Shown here in pieces: positions 28,060-37,399 of a stretch of 64,000 nt of DNA. The position numbers and the translations under genes were made by a program. Source of the DNA: Minisyncoccota bacterium (GTDB taxonomy: Bacteria; Patescibacteriota; Microgenomatia; UBA1400; PJMF01); the NCBI GenBank assembly GCA_003173865.1, contig PJMF01000019.1, forward strand, positions 6,381-70,380. The letters are read 5' to 3'. How positions within the stretch are numbered: the first letter of the stretch is position 1; every line of letters begins with the position of its first letter. The notes beneath the pieces are model-generated. The model was not told where the DNA came from. It did no database searches and saw only the letters and a list, made by a program, of their open reading frames with translations.

Positions 28060-28539
28060 ATGCAAAATACCACTGAGATCTGTCCAAAGTGTGGTTCACC
28101 ACTGAAAGAACCAGAAGAAACTAGAACTGGTAAGAAACTTCAACGCTGTTCAACTGGTTCTTGGAACGCTCAAACGCGCCAAACTGAAGGCTGTGATTAT
28201 GTCAAATGGCTAACTGATGAGCCAAAACTCCTCGACGAAATGTGTCCAAAATGCGGCTCACCGCTCGTCTTGCAAGTCACACGCACAGGCAAGAAAATGA
28301 AAAAATGTAGCACCGGCGGGTGGGACAGAGAACAACGCGTCGCAACTGGCTGCGACTATGTAGAATGGATGAATGGTTCGACGAAACCGCTCGACGAAGA
28401 CTGTCCTCTTTGCGGCGAGAAACTCGTCTTATTTACCACTGCAAATGGTAAACGAATGAAAAAATGTTCTACGGCAGGCTGGGATCGTGAAATGCGCATC
28501 CCCACTGGCTGCACGTATATCGAATGGCAGAAGGATTAA
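28060..28539 (+). CDS. Stand-alone triple topoisomerase-type C4 zinc-ribbon protein
   Basis: 3x CPxCG..L...T..GK....CST..W.......GC.Y..W. Confidence 0.8.
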   Translation: MQNTTEICPKCGSPLKEPEETRTGKKLQRCSTGSWNAQTRQTEGCDYVKWLTDEPKLLDEMCPKCGSPLVLQVTRTGKKMKKCSTGGWDREQRVATGCDYVEWMNGSTKPLDEDCPLCGEKLVLFTTANGKRMKKCSTAGWDREMRIPTGCTYIEWQKD

Positions 28540-28545
28540 AAATGA

Positions 28546-28649
28546 AGATTTGCGGGGAGCTTGTGTGTGAAGTCACACTAACAGGCTGAGAGGATAGTGA
28601 AACTATCGACCCATTGAACCTGTTCGGATAATGCCGACGTAGGGAAAAT
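28546..28649 (+). promoter_or_regulatory. TPP (THI-box) riboswitch
   Basis: GGGGAGC...GGCTGAGAGG...GACCCATTGAACCTGTTCGGATAATGCCGACGTAGGGAA, with P3 hairpins GTGTGA/TCACAC and GATAGT/ACTATC. Confidence 0.92.
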
Positions 28650-29516
28650 ATGGGTCAACCTCACGAAGTTTTTGTAGATCGTTTCAATGCTGCGCTCTGC
28701 AAACCACCACTCGCTCATATTCTTTATAACGTAGAAAAAAAGCGTTGGTCAGCACCTTTTTTGAAAGGAATTGTTCATACCAGTCTCCTTTGTGAGCAGC
28801 AACAGATCTGCACACATAACGAAGATCATCTCTTACGCGTGGGGCAAAATACTTTGTTTCTTCATGATCTCTGGCAAAAGCGCCTTGAAAACCTTCTTGC
28901 AGACGAGCTACTGCTCTTTGGCGTCCTCTTACACGATATAGGGTATATTTCGCAAGGATTGATTTGGCAAAATAAATCGGCAATCAATCATCCTGAAAAA
29001 GGAGCTGAGTTACTGGATTTATTGCGGTCGAGTCATTGGATCAAGACTCCAGGACGCGCCGAAGCTCGGGCTATTATTGAAGAGTATGCACACCTTTTCT
29101 TTTTTATTATCTCTTCCGATACCGAGCTCTCTTTAAAATTCGCCCAACATCTACTTGCGTACAAAAAAAACGGATTTCCGATTGGGGAACCCAGTTACAT
29201 CGCCGCACTCAGCATATCACTGGGCGATAAGCTTGATTATTTTCTAGCAGAGAGAGTAAAAAACGTCCCCACACCACCAACTTATCAAGAAAATCCTTAC
29301 TACTTCTTGTGTAAAGCAGTCAAAAATTATCGTTTGCAGGTCGCCAATAATAAGTTGAAGTATATTGCTACTCTGGATACCGATGGTCTGCAATTTAGTA
29401 AGAGAGGAGAGTGGCACGCTAAAACTATTCAAGCAGGCTTTGAAAATATATGGCAACTTGCACACACGTATAGTGAATTACTGGGGATGACGTTTGAAGT
29501 AGTTGAATACAGTTAA
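28650..29516 (+). CDS. HD-domain phosphohydrolase under TPP riboswitch
   Basis: HNEDHLLRV, LLHDIG, NHPEKGA, GDKLD. Confidence 0.78.
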   Translation: MGQPHEVFVDRFNAALCKPPLAHILYNVEKKRWSAPFLKGIVHTSLLCEQQQICTHNEDHLLRVGQNTLFLHDLWQKRLENLLADELLLFGVLLHDIGYISQGLIWQNKSAINHPEKGAELLDLLRSSHWIKTPGRAEARAIIEEYAHLFFFIISSDTELSLKFAQHLLAYKKNGFPIGEPSYIAALSISLGDKLDYFLAERVKNVPTPPTYQENPYYFLCKAVKNYRLQVANNKLKYIATLDTDGLQFSKRGEWHAKTIQAGFENIWQLAHTYSELLGMTFEVVEYS

Positions 29517-30346
29517 TCCAGATTAAAACTTTCTCTGTCTTTTATTTCTTGAACAATCTTATCGATAATTTCTCGATATGAATACTGCGGCAACTTCAAT
29601 TTTTTTAATCGACCAAGGTCTCCTTCAATAATTGGAGTTGTATCATGAGCATCGAATGGTACAACGCTAACTCCAAACTGGCTTAAAATATCACTAGCAA
29701 TATCAAAACGAGATTTCAGTTCTTGAACTGCAATAGAAATAATTTCATTCCAAATTTCTTTTTGAATAATTATTCTAATCACTTCTGAGATATGACCTAA
29801 ATGAGAAGGTTGGAACTTCCACGATGTATCATATTCAGCCTTCGTTCCCTGATCAAGATTTTTGAGAATACGATTAAACGGGCGATCATTTATCGTGTTG
29901 GGACTCATTCCTATGATCAGTGAAGGACGCAAAACTGCAAATCCGGCTGAAGTACTTTCCACATACTCTTCACTTTGTGCTTTGGTTTTTCCATAAACAT
30001 TAATAGGATTAATAGCCGCGTAAGAAGAAATTAAAATTATTTTTTCTTTGTGTTTGTTTGCCACTGAGACTAAATTTTGTGTGGCTGTTTGGTTTAAAGA
30101 AATTGCTAGCTCTGGATTTGCTTCACACCAGCGCGCATTTGCATTAGCGGCGGCATGAATAATTATTTCAGGTTGAAATTGGCGAACGATATCTTCTAAT
30201 GCTGCAGCATCAGTAATATCTAACTCAACAAAACTTGAGCTAAGCTTGGTACTATGACAAGTTCCAATAACTTCAAAGTCTCTACTTAAATCAAGATAAA
30301 GCCGAGCACCCACGTAGCTACTTGCGCCGGTCAAAAGAATTTTCAT
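29513..30346 (-). CDS. RmlD-like (dTDP-4-dehydrorhamnose reductase family) extended SDR
   Basis: ILLTGASSYVG, IIHAAA, YGKTK. Confidence 0.82.
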   Translation of the reverse strand: MKILLTGASSYVGARLYLDLSRDFEVIGTCHSTKLSSSFVELDITDAAALEDIVRQFQPEIIIHAAANANARWCEANPELAISLNQTATQNLVSVANKHKEKIILISSYAAINPINVYGKTKAQSEEYVESTSAGFAVLRPSLIIGMSPNTINDRPFNRILKNLDQGTKAEYDTSWKFQPSHLGHISEVIRIIIQKEIWNEIISIAVQELKSRFDIASDILSQFGVSVVPFDAHDTTPIIEGDLGRLKKLKLPQYSYREIIDKIVQEIKDRESFNLD

Positions 30347-31743
30347 GCCAGCAACCTTTCCATCTCTTCTTCGATTTTGAGGGCACGTTGTTTATTTTTG
30401 CCAAAAACTACATATCCAAATTGGTGACGCGCCAGCAAGTTCGCAGATCCCACAATGACCCCTTCTTCAGTTTTTTTATCAAAAAGGACTGGCACTAATC
30501 GTTGCAATAAACCGTCGAACGTCTTGAGAGATGTGTCAGTAATTTGGTACATATTATTAGAAAGTGTAAATGTCTCATGCATGAAGTCCTCACCAAAAAG
30601 TTCTTTTGCGACGTGATAGACATGAGTCCCACCTGTACGGCGAACATTTGACTCTGTGACGTAAATCTCACCATTTTTAGCAGCCACAAAATCGACATCA
30701 TAGTATCCACGATAACCTTGAGTCGCGTACTGCTCACCAATATAAAATCCCGTATCAATCATTTGCGTCGCCACTTTTTCGGGTAAAACGTCTTTATGAA
30801 TTTCGACACCTTTAAAAACACCATCTTTCGTCACGCGCATTCCACAAAAATAAAGCAACTTCACTTCACCAGTTTTCAAAATTTTAAACTCTACATTCGG
30901 GCACCCACCACCCAGAGATGAATTGATATTTACCAACTCTTCCACCACAATGGAAAACTTATCCCAGTACCCATCTTTTTTGAGGTGAGCCAAAATCGCT
31001 TGCTCACACTCCGCAAACGTCGCAGGTAAATCGCCCTCACGCCAAATAAACATACCTGCACCCGAGTGACCTTTATTGATTTTGAGCACAACCCCTTTTT
31101 CTTTGACATACATCTTGGCAGCAATCTTGGCTGTATCAATCATTTCCGAACTCACCATTCCGTATGACATCTTGAAGTCAGGCTCTTTCGCTACACTCTG
31201 CTGCGCAAGTTGGCGGATACCAGATTTACTCCCATAAAAATTGACAGTCCAGGAGTCTGGTTCTTCCGGCGCTTGCGGAGTAGAGACGATAATTCCCATC
31301 TCGCGTAATTTTTTCACTAATTCTAGAAATTGATAACTCGTTGAGTAACTGATTACAGTAAGCTTCTTGCTCGTGTGTGCAAACGCACAAATTTTCTCTA
31401 GAAGCTTCTCATCAGCCAAAATATCTTTACAAATCTGTCCTGTATTTTGTTTGGGTACCCACACGTCTGCATTTTTTTTGCCGAATAATTTTGTATTGTA
31501 CTCCCAAAAAAGCGGCTCAATACTCTGCGGCAAAATCATCCGAATATTATCTTTGCCCGCAAATGAAAGAAGATCGCGATCTGACAGTAAAGAGTTTTCG
31601 TTAATTTCTCTTAGGCGCGCTTCCAGATCTGAAATTTCCGAAATAAACGACCACACATCTTCGGAAAGATTTGATATGTAGAGAGTGTTTGTAGAAGCTA
31701 AAGGAAGAGAAGTGGGATCAGGTTCAGAATGTTTTTCTGACAT
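30343..31743 (-). CDS. ATP-grasp amide/peptide ligase (pre-ATP-grasp + ATP-grasp, PGM1-related type)
   Basis: SKSGIRQ, VLKINKGHSGAG, VVEELV, GYRGYYDVDF, VTESNVRRTGGT; start placed at 31743 (TATACT 9 nt upstream). Confidence 0.8.
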   Translation of the reverse strand: MSEKHSEPDPTSLPLASTNTLYISNLSEDVWSFISEISDLEARLREINENSLLSDRDLLSFAGKDNIRMILPQSIEPLFWEYNTKLFGKKNADVWVPKQNTGQICKDILADEKLLEKICAFAHTSKKLTVISYSTSYQFLELVKKLREMGIIVSTPQAPEEPDSWTVNFYGSKSGIRQLAQQSVAKEPDFKMSYGMVSSEMIDTAKIAAKMYVKEKGVVLKINKGHSGAGMFIWREGDLPATFAECEQAILAHLKKDGYWDKFSIVVEELVNINSSLGGGCPNVEFKILKTGEVKLLYFCGMRVTKDGVFKGVEIHKDVLPEKVATQMIDTGFYIGEQYATQGYRGYYDVDFVAAKNGEIYVTESNVRRTGGTHVYHVAKELFGEDFMHETFTLSNNMYQITDTSLKTFDGLLQRLVPVLFDKKTEEGVIVGSANLLARHQFGYVVFGKNKQRALKIEEEMERLLA

Positions 31744-31773
31744 AGAAAACACAGTATAACATATAATGTATAT

Positions 31774-33513
31774 ATGTCTTTTCCGATACTTCTCTGGCAG
31801 TACATTCGTCCATATAAAATAAAATTTTTCTTCGCTGTTTTTTGTCGTCTCACAAGCGACATTGCTCAACTCTATCCCATTTGGGCGTTGGGACAAATCG
31901 TGTCTCTGCTTACTCAAGGTTTCACTTCTCCTTTTCCGTTCCTGATGATTCTCATCGGATGGCTTTTTACGGTGGTGTATCAAGGCATAGTCAGAGAAGG
32001 TGCGAAGTTCTTTGGTTTTCAAGTTGCCGAACAAAGTTCTCTTGATTTTCTCAATGACTGTCTGGAGCACATTTTTTTACTTGATTTTGCGTGGCAAGAA
32101 AAAGAAAACAGTGGCAATAAAATGAAACGCATTGATAAAGCCAAAGATGCGATGAATGATCTGATTCGTCAATTTTTTGTGGTTTTAATTGAAGTAAGTG
32201 TAAATACTGGAGGAATTATCCTCTTTTTATTTTCACTCGAGAGATCACTCAGCCTTGCGCTGTGTGTCTTTATCGTCATCTATTATTGGCTTGGCATTAA
32301 ACTTTTGAAAAAAGCTATTTATCAAGCTAATATCGTCAATCAACACACCGAAGAAATGTATGGATTTATGTTTGAACTACTCAATAACATTCGTACTGTG
32401 AAGTCACTTGCATTAAATCATCAAATGACACAACGGATTCGCCAGCAAGCAACGCTCTTAATGGACGCGATCAAAAAGAGAATTTTTTGGTATCGAACTC
32501 AAAGCGGTACGCTCAATACATTCGAGATGGTTTTTGAGTTTGTTATGGTGTGTGTCATTTGTTGGGGCATCATCCACAAATACTACGATATTAGTTTACT
32601 CATTGTTTTTGTAGGCTTCTATCAGAAAGTTACTGAATCAACTCGAGAACTTACCGAAGTTACTCAAAATATTGTGGAAGATAAAATTACGATTCTGCGT
32701 GCACTTGCTGTCTTACGTACACCAGCCCATATTGAAGATCCGCAGAAACTATCCAAGCAAGTTACTTATCCACACAACTGGCAAAAATTAAGTATCCGAA
32801 ACGTGAGCTTCCAGTATCATAATGCTCAAGTCCTAAAGAACATTAACTTAACAATTCACCGGGGAGAAAAAGTCGGCATTGTGGGTTTATCTGGAGCAGG
32901 GAAGTCGACATTGTTTAAACTTTTACTTGATTTATACGAAGATTACGAGGGAGACATTTTACTTGATGACATTTCCCTCCGAGATATTCGACGGCAGTCA
33001 TATATTGAACATGTTTCTGCCGTACTTCAAGAAACTGAACTCTTTAACATGTCAATTAAAGACAATATTCTTTTGGCTGGAGTAGAAGGAAAAGAAATAA
33101 GTGATCAACAATTTGCAGATGTGCTTCGTGTCTCACACCTAAATGAATTTATTGAAAAGCTCCCCCTTCAACTTCAAACAGTTATTGGTGAAAAAGGAAT
33201 TAAACTTTCTGGTGGACAACGGCAACGTCTCGGCATCGCACGTGCACTATATCGCCAGCCTGATCTACTTTTATTTGATGAAGCGACTTCGCATTTAGAC
33301 GTTCTCTCAGAGAAATATATTCAGTCTTCTCTTGATTCCATTTCCAAACATTTAACCACTATCGTCATTGCTCACCGCCTCTCGACCATTAAACATATGG
33401 ATAAAATTGTGGTTCTCGAAAAAGGTCACATCATTGAGGAAGGCAGTTTTGACGAGTTAATCAAAATTAAGGGTCACTTCGCACACATGTGGCACTCTAC
33501 ATTGGCGAGTTGA
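31774..33513 (+). CDS. ABC exporter, fused TMD + NBD
   Basis: 6 TMs, GLSGAGKST, LSGGQRQR, DEATSHLD, IAHRLST. Confidence 0.93.
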   Translation: MSFPILLWQYIRPYKIKFFFAVFCRLTSDIAQLYPIWALGQIVSLLTQGFTSPFPFLMILIGWLFTVVYQGIVREGAKFFGFQVAEQSSLDFLNDCLEHIFLLDFAWQEKENSGNKMKRIDKAKDAMNDLIRQFFVVLIEVSVNTGGIILFLFSLERSLSLALCVFIVIYYWLGIKLLKKAIYQANIVNQHTEEMYGFMFELLNNIRTVKSLALNHQMTQRIRQQATLLMDAIKKRIFWYRTQSGTLNTFEMVFEFVMVCVICWGIIHKYYDISLLIVFVGFYQKVTESTRELTEVTQNIVEDKITILRALAVLRTPAHIEDPQKLSKQVTYPHNWQKLSIRNVSFQYHNAQVLKNINLTIHRGEKVGIVGLSGAGKSTLFKLLLDLYEDYEGDILLDDISLRDIRRQSYIEHVSAVLQETELFNMSIKDNILLAGVEGKEISDQQFADVLRVSHLNEFIEKLPLQLQTVIGEKGIKLSGGQRQRLGIARALYRQPDLLLFDEATSHLDVLSEKYIQSSLDSISKHLTTIVIAHRLSTIKHMDKIVVLEKGHIIEEGSFDELIKIKGHFAHMWHSTLAS

Positions 33514-34615
33514 CGACGCTCAAATCGAAGTGTGTACCCTTAAAGTCTTGCAAACCCTTGTCGTAATCAACTGACCAGGCATTTCCTTCTGGTAATGGAA
33601 TTTTGCCATACCCTTGAGCGATATCAATGACAAATCGTGCAGTGGCAGCTACACCTGAGAGACGAGGTCGAAGTTCTTGCCAAATTTTAATTGCACGCGG
33701 TAGAGGCACTGTGAAGTGTTTCGCCCAGCACACATCATCGTTCTGAAAAACGTAGTACGGACGAATTCCTTCGCGTGCGAGTTTGGTAAATAAACTGTAT
33801 AACGTCTCAACCTTGTCATTCACCCCTTTCAAAAGAACTGTTTGCGACATTTCAGTTGCTCCAGACTCACGACGGAAACGTTCGAGCACGTTGAGCGCGA
33901 TCGGCGTCAGTTCAGCGGGGTGATTAATGTGCACCATCAAGTAGGGATTACGTAACCGTCCCACTTGTTGGTAGTGCCAATCTTTAATTCCAATAGGATT
34001 ATGAATCGGAAAACGTGAACCAATTCGCACGATGTCGAGTTTTCCCTCAGCTTGCCGACGTGATAAACGATCAATAATTTTCGTAAAGTAGGGCTGGGGA
34101 GTAGTGAGAGGATCACCACCAGAAGTAATAATCTCATTAATTTCTGGATGAGCATCTAGGTACGCTTCCACTTTATCCAAATCTTCATCACTCAGATATG
34201 CTTTTTGAGCTAACGTTGCATTTTTATTAATTGCCGATGAGCCCATGTAACCAACTTCTCGACCTCGAGTACAGAAACGACAGTAACTTGCACAAAAACG
34301 TGTGACTGTCCACAGTGCTCGGCCGTAGTACTCGATTTCACCGTTTTTTTTGATTTTTCCACGATATTTGTAGACTAAGCCAGGCGCAACTTCGTGGTGA
34401 TCTTCATTCAGCGGATCCATGCTACCCGTACCTGCTTCAGTATTTACAAAGTATTTTTTTTCCTTCCGTGGTTGCGCCACAAACTGCAAACCAATTGGTC
34501 CAAGTGGACCACCAGTTTCTTCAATGAGCGTGCGCAGATACGTAGAAAAAATTTCTGGCAGGCCACCATGTGGCAAACTGACTGTATTTCCGCGAGGCAG
34601 CAAGGTATTACTCAT
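33497..34615 (-). CDS. KamA-family radical SAM enzyme (lysine 2,3-aminomutase-like)
   Basis: GLVYKY, CASYCRFCTR, SGGDPL, RIGSR, HINHPAEL, QTVLLKGVND, PYY, GYGKIP (PLP lysine). Confidence 0.9.
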   Translation of the reverse strand: MSNTLLPRGNTVSLPHGGLPEIFSTYLRTLIEETGGPLGPIGLQFVAQPRKEKKYFVNTEAGTGSMDPLNEDHHEVAPGLVYKYRGKIKKNGEIEYYGRALWTVTRFCASYCRFCTRGREVGYMGSSAINKNATLAQKAYLSDEDLDKVEAYLDAHPEINEIITSGGDPLTTPQPYFTKIIDRLSRRQAEGKLDIVRIGSRFPIHNPIGIKDWHYQQVGRLRNPYLMVHINHPAELTPIALNVLERFRRESGATEMSQTVLLKGVNDKVETLYSLFTKLAREGIRPYYVFQNDDVCWAKHFTVPLPRAIKIWQELRPRLSGVAATARFVIDIAQGYGKIPLPEGNAWSVDYDKGLQDFKGTHFDLSVVNSPM

Positions 34616-34728
34616 ACAAACTAAATATGATACTGATTTTTGATAAAAATAATACGAGGAAAATGGCAAAAAGAGCAACACAGAAACCTTTTCGTTATTT
34701 CGCGACAAGTCTAATGTATACTGAGTAT

Positions 34729-35481
34729 ATGTTTCGCCGCCCTCTTCATCCCCAGCCTTTTTATGTACCTGAGGATATTTCTTTACCGCGTTCTTCAATC
34801 ATGGATCTCGAAAATGTTTATCACACGCCTGGTCAAAACGCTGCCATTCGTTTCTTTGAACCCTACTCAGAAGAAGACTTGCAAGCAATGCAAGAAATTT
34901 TACGTGGCAAACAAGTGCGCAAATGGATGGACGATGCACGCATTACGCCTTCTGATTATCGTGACTGGGCCGGCGCTGAAAACAACGAATCTTTTTTGTT
35001 TGCGGTTTTAGATGCCCGAGCTACCGAAACCACTCAACAAAAACACGTTCGTGGTTTTGTATACATATACTCTGAGAGAGAAGAGAAATTCCGTGTCAAG
35101 CGGATGGAGAAGCTTGGTTTCCTCGAGCCAGTTCAGGGAAAGAGATACGCACTCGAAATCAGCTTCGCAATGCGCCCTCTGCCAGATGGGATGCAGTCAG
35201 GTTCTGGACTTATGTCAAGCGCGATCCGCCAATGCTGTCTCCAGGTCCAAACCCTTCTCGAGTTCCCGCAACAGCCCGAAGTTGAGATATTTGCCTTTGT
35301 CGATCAAGAGAATTTCCCAGCTCAACGCACACTGGAGTCCGCAGGATTCGTAAAAAAGGGCTTAATGAAGTACGACTGGGATTCTGAGGATGAAACCTGT
35401 CTTTATATCCTGGATTGGGCCATGTTGCATCAAAAAATTCGCCAAAAGCTACTCGAGGTGATCGAAAAAGACAGCCCGTAA
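34729..35481 (+). CDS. GNAT (RimJ/RimL-like) N-acetyltransferase
   Basis: QSGSGLMSSA AcCoA loop, FAFVDQENFPAQRTLESAGF. Confidence 0.75.
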   Translation: MFRRPLHPQPFYVPEDISLPRSSIMDLENVYHTPGQNAAIRFFEPYSEEDLQAMQEILRGKQVRKWMDDARITPSDYRDWAGAENNESFLFAVLDARATETTQQKHVRGFVYIYSEREEKFRVKRMEKLGFLEPVQGKRYALEISFAMRPLPDGMQSGSGLMSSAIRQCCLQVQTLLEFPQQPEVEIFAFVDQENFPAQRTLESAGFVKKGLMKYDWDSEDETCLYILDWAMLHQKIRQKLLEVIEKDSP

Positions 35482-35523
35482 AACTGGTCTAGACAACTTT
35501 CAAAATGGGGTATAATCCCTCGT

Positions 35524-36210
35524 ATGAACTTGCTCCGGCGTTTCCAAAGAACTATTCATTTGCCTCAAGTAAAGCAAGAAACTGACTCCCATTGCGGGCC
35601 AGCAGTGATACAGATGCTTTTGGCATATGTCGGGAAAAAGGTCACTCAAGAAGACGTCGTGAGCGCCGCTCGCATCAAGGGCAGACTCAAGGTTCACGGG
35701 GCACGCCCAGACCAACTTGCGCGAGCTGTTGAGATACTCGCTCCTGACCTGCAATTCTGGTTTAAACAACACGCAACCAGTGCCGATCTGGATACGCTGA
35801 CTCATGAATATCGTTGGCCAGTGGGCATTAATTGGCAAGGACTTTTTTACGACACACTTGAAGAAGAGAAAAAAGAAGATCCAGAAGGGGACCACGGCCA
35901 TTACAGCGTCGTGATTGATGTGAACAAAAAAAATAAAACCGTCACGATAGCTGATACATACGAAGAGTATTACTCAAAAGAACCCCGCACGTTTGCGCTG
36001 CAATGGTTCCACAAACGTTGGTGGGATGTTGATCATATTAAAGACAAAAAAACCGGAAAGATGGACTCCATCGCGACTAAAAAATTGATTTTTATCATCA
36101 CGCACAAAGATGCCGATTTTCCTAAAAAATTAGGTATGCAGCCGCCGGAGAAATTGGATGTGCTGACGGTGCAGACTACGAACTCTACACACCTTCGTCA
36201 GCATGCCTAG
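35524..36210 (+). CDS. C39-like papain-fold cysteine peptidase
   Basis: QETDSHCGPA (Q...C), GHYSVV (H), IADT (D). Confidence 0.82.
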   Translation: MNLLRRFQRTIHLPQVKQETDSHCGPAVIQMLLAYVGKKVTQEDVVSAARIKGRLKVHGARPDQLARAVEILAPDLQFWFKQHATSADLDTLTHEYRWPVGINWQGLFYDTLEEEKKEDPEGDHGHYSVVIDVNKKNKTVTIADTYEEYYSKEPRTFALQWFHKRWWDVDHIKDKKTGKMDSIATKKLIFIITHKDADFPKKLGMQPPEKLDVLTVQTTNSTHLRQHA

Positions 36211-36547
36211 CAAGAATAGTGATAAGTTTGACAATTCCCCAAGCCAATGCAGCGTACACAACCATGCCAATGATCGCCGCTGGTTCTAGTATCGAGCGCA
36301 CCTCAACGCCAGAATTGACGGCAACAGGGAAGATGCCACGAAACGGCATCACGAGCGGCTCTGTCAGCATATATATTCCAGAGACAAATGCGCTTCCAGG
36401 GTTTGCGCCCATCATTTTGAAAATCAAGCGAAAAAGAAGGGTAATCTCAATTACTCCAGCAATAAAGTAAATGATGTTCACTGTTGTTCGGGTTGGTGTG
36501 TCATTTGCATTTACCTGAACAACTGTTTCTTTAGTGACATTTTGCAT
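36185..36547 (-). CDS. YggT-family membrane protein
   Basis: FRLIFKMMGANP, LTEPLVMPFRGIFP. Confidence 0.8.
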   Translation of the reverse strand: MQNVTKETVVQVNANDTPTRTTVNIIYFIAGVIEITLLFRLIFKMMGANPGSAFVSGIYMLTEPLVMPFRGIFPVAVNSGVEVRSILEPAAIIGMVVYAALAWGIVKLITILARHADEGV

Positions 36548-36664
36548 AAATCGATTTTGTCTTACAAAAAGAAGATTGTTATATGAACTTTGTAAGAGTT
36601 GAGAAAGAGAGGGAATATGTCATTGCCCCTTTGCTGTCTCGCTTGGTGACGTGTAAGGTGCCAA

Positions 36665-37321
36665 CTAATTGTAGTTAACTACGTTGTATTTCCTTTTCAC
36701 TGGAACAGACTGCGAAATCTCGGCAATCATAACTTTACTTTGCCCAGGAGGAATGTACGCTTTTTCATTGAGTATTGCCACTTTATTACCCCCCAGTTTA
36801 GACATCAAATCGGGTACTTTGTTAGGGTCATTCCACATATGACCAGCGCCAATTAACAGAATCTTTATTGGCTCTGTCCCTTTATCAATTTGAGCTTTCC
36901 AATGTGTCATTCTTTCTGCTGACTCTGAGTCAACTCGTTTATCCAAATCTATTCCGTAAACGGGCACACTACAGTTAATTGCTTTTTGAATAGTGTTTCT
37001 ATAATCTGTCCTATCGTCCTCGTTCATATCGCAGTCATCCCAAGCGATCACATTTCCACTGAAATCACCTGTTTCAGGATGCGCATAGTCATACAACGCT
37101 TCAACGTAGAAACCAATATCTCCAGGCTTGTATGTGGGTAACTGAGTAAGCGCCTCTATTAAACTTGCAGATACATTTTGTGCTTCAGCAGTTACATGAG
37201 TGTCAGGAATCAGAACATACGCAGGCTTTTCATCCAATATGGCTTGAGCGACTGCACTCAAGCCTTTTAATTCTGGGATTGGAAGTTCAGGTGGACGTTC
37301 GTTTTTATTGACTTCAAACAT
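36665..37321 (-). CDS. Hypothetical protein, possible TIKI/TraB/ChaN-fold hydrolase
   Basis: VLIPDTH, FYVEA, VYGID, ER, LIGAGH. Confidence 0.55.
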   Translation of the reverse strand: MFEVNKNERPPELPIPELKGLSAVAQAILDEKPAYVLIPDTHVTAEAQNVSASLIEALTQLPTYKPGDIGFYVEALYDYAHPETGDFSGNVIAWDDCDMNEDDRTDYRNTIQKAINCSVPVYGIDLDKRVDSESAERMTHWKAQIDKGTEPIKILLIGAGHMWNDPNKVPDLMSKLGGNKVAILNEKAYIPPGQSKVMIAEISQSVPVKRKYNVVNYN

Positions 37322-37399
37322 ATCCTAATTTTTTTAATAAAGTGATCGATGGAGGCGTTAATTTATACTTACCTAGGTCTTCCAACTTCACCTCATATG

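Noticed and set aside
30343-32070. 575-aa version of the ATP-grasp ORF, and similar N-terminal extensions of KamA (to 34798), GNAT (34627), MFS (54775) and DHH (20374)
   Set aside because: The extensions overlap divergent genes or structured RNA; shorter starts have a -10 box or better context.
33497-34615. Calling KamA 'epmB' (EF-P beta-lysylation)
   Set aside because: No efp or epmA nearby; the substrate cannot be assigned from motifs alone.
36644-36658. TGGTGACGTGTAAGG as a duplicated tRNA 3' end (att site for the tRNA-His insertion)
   Set aside because: The match to the tRNA-His end is too short and weak, and there is no integrase nearby.
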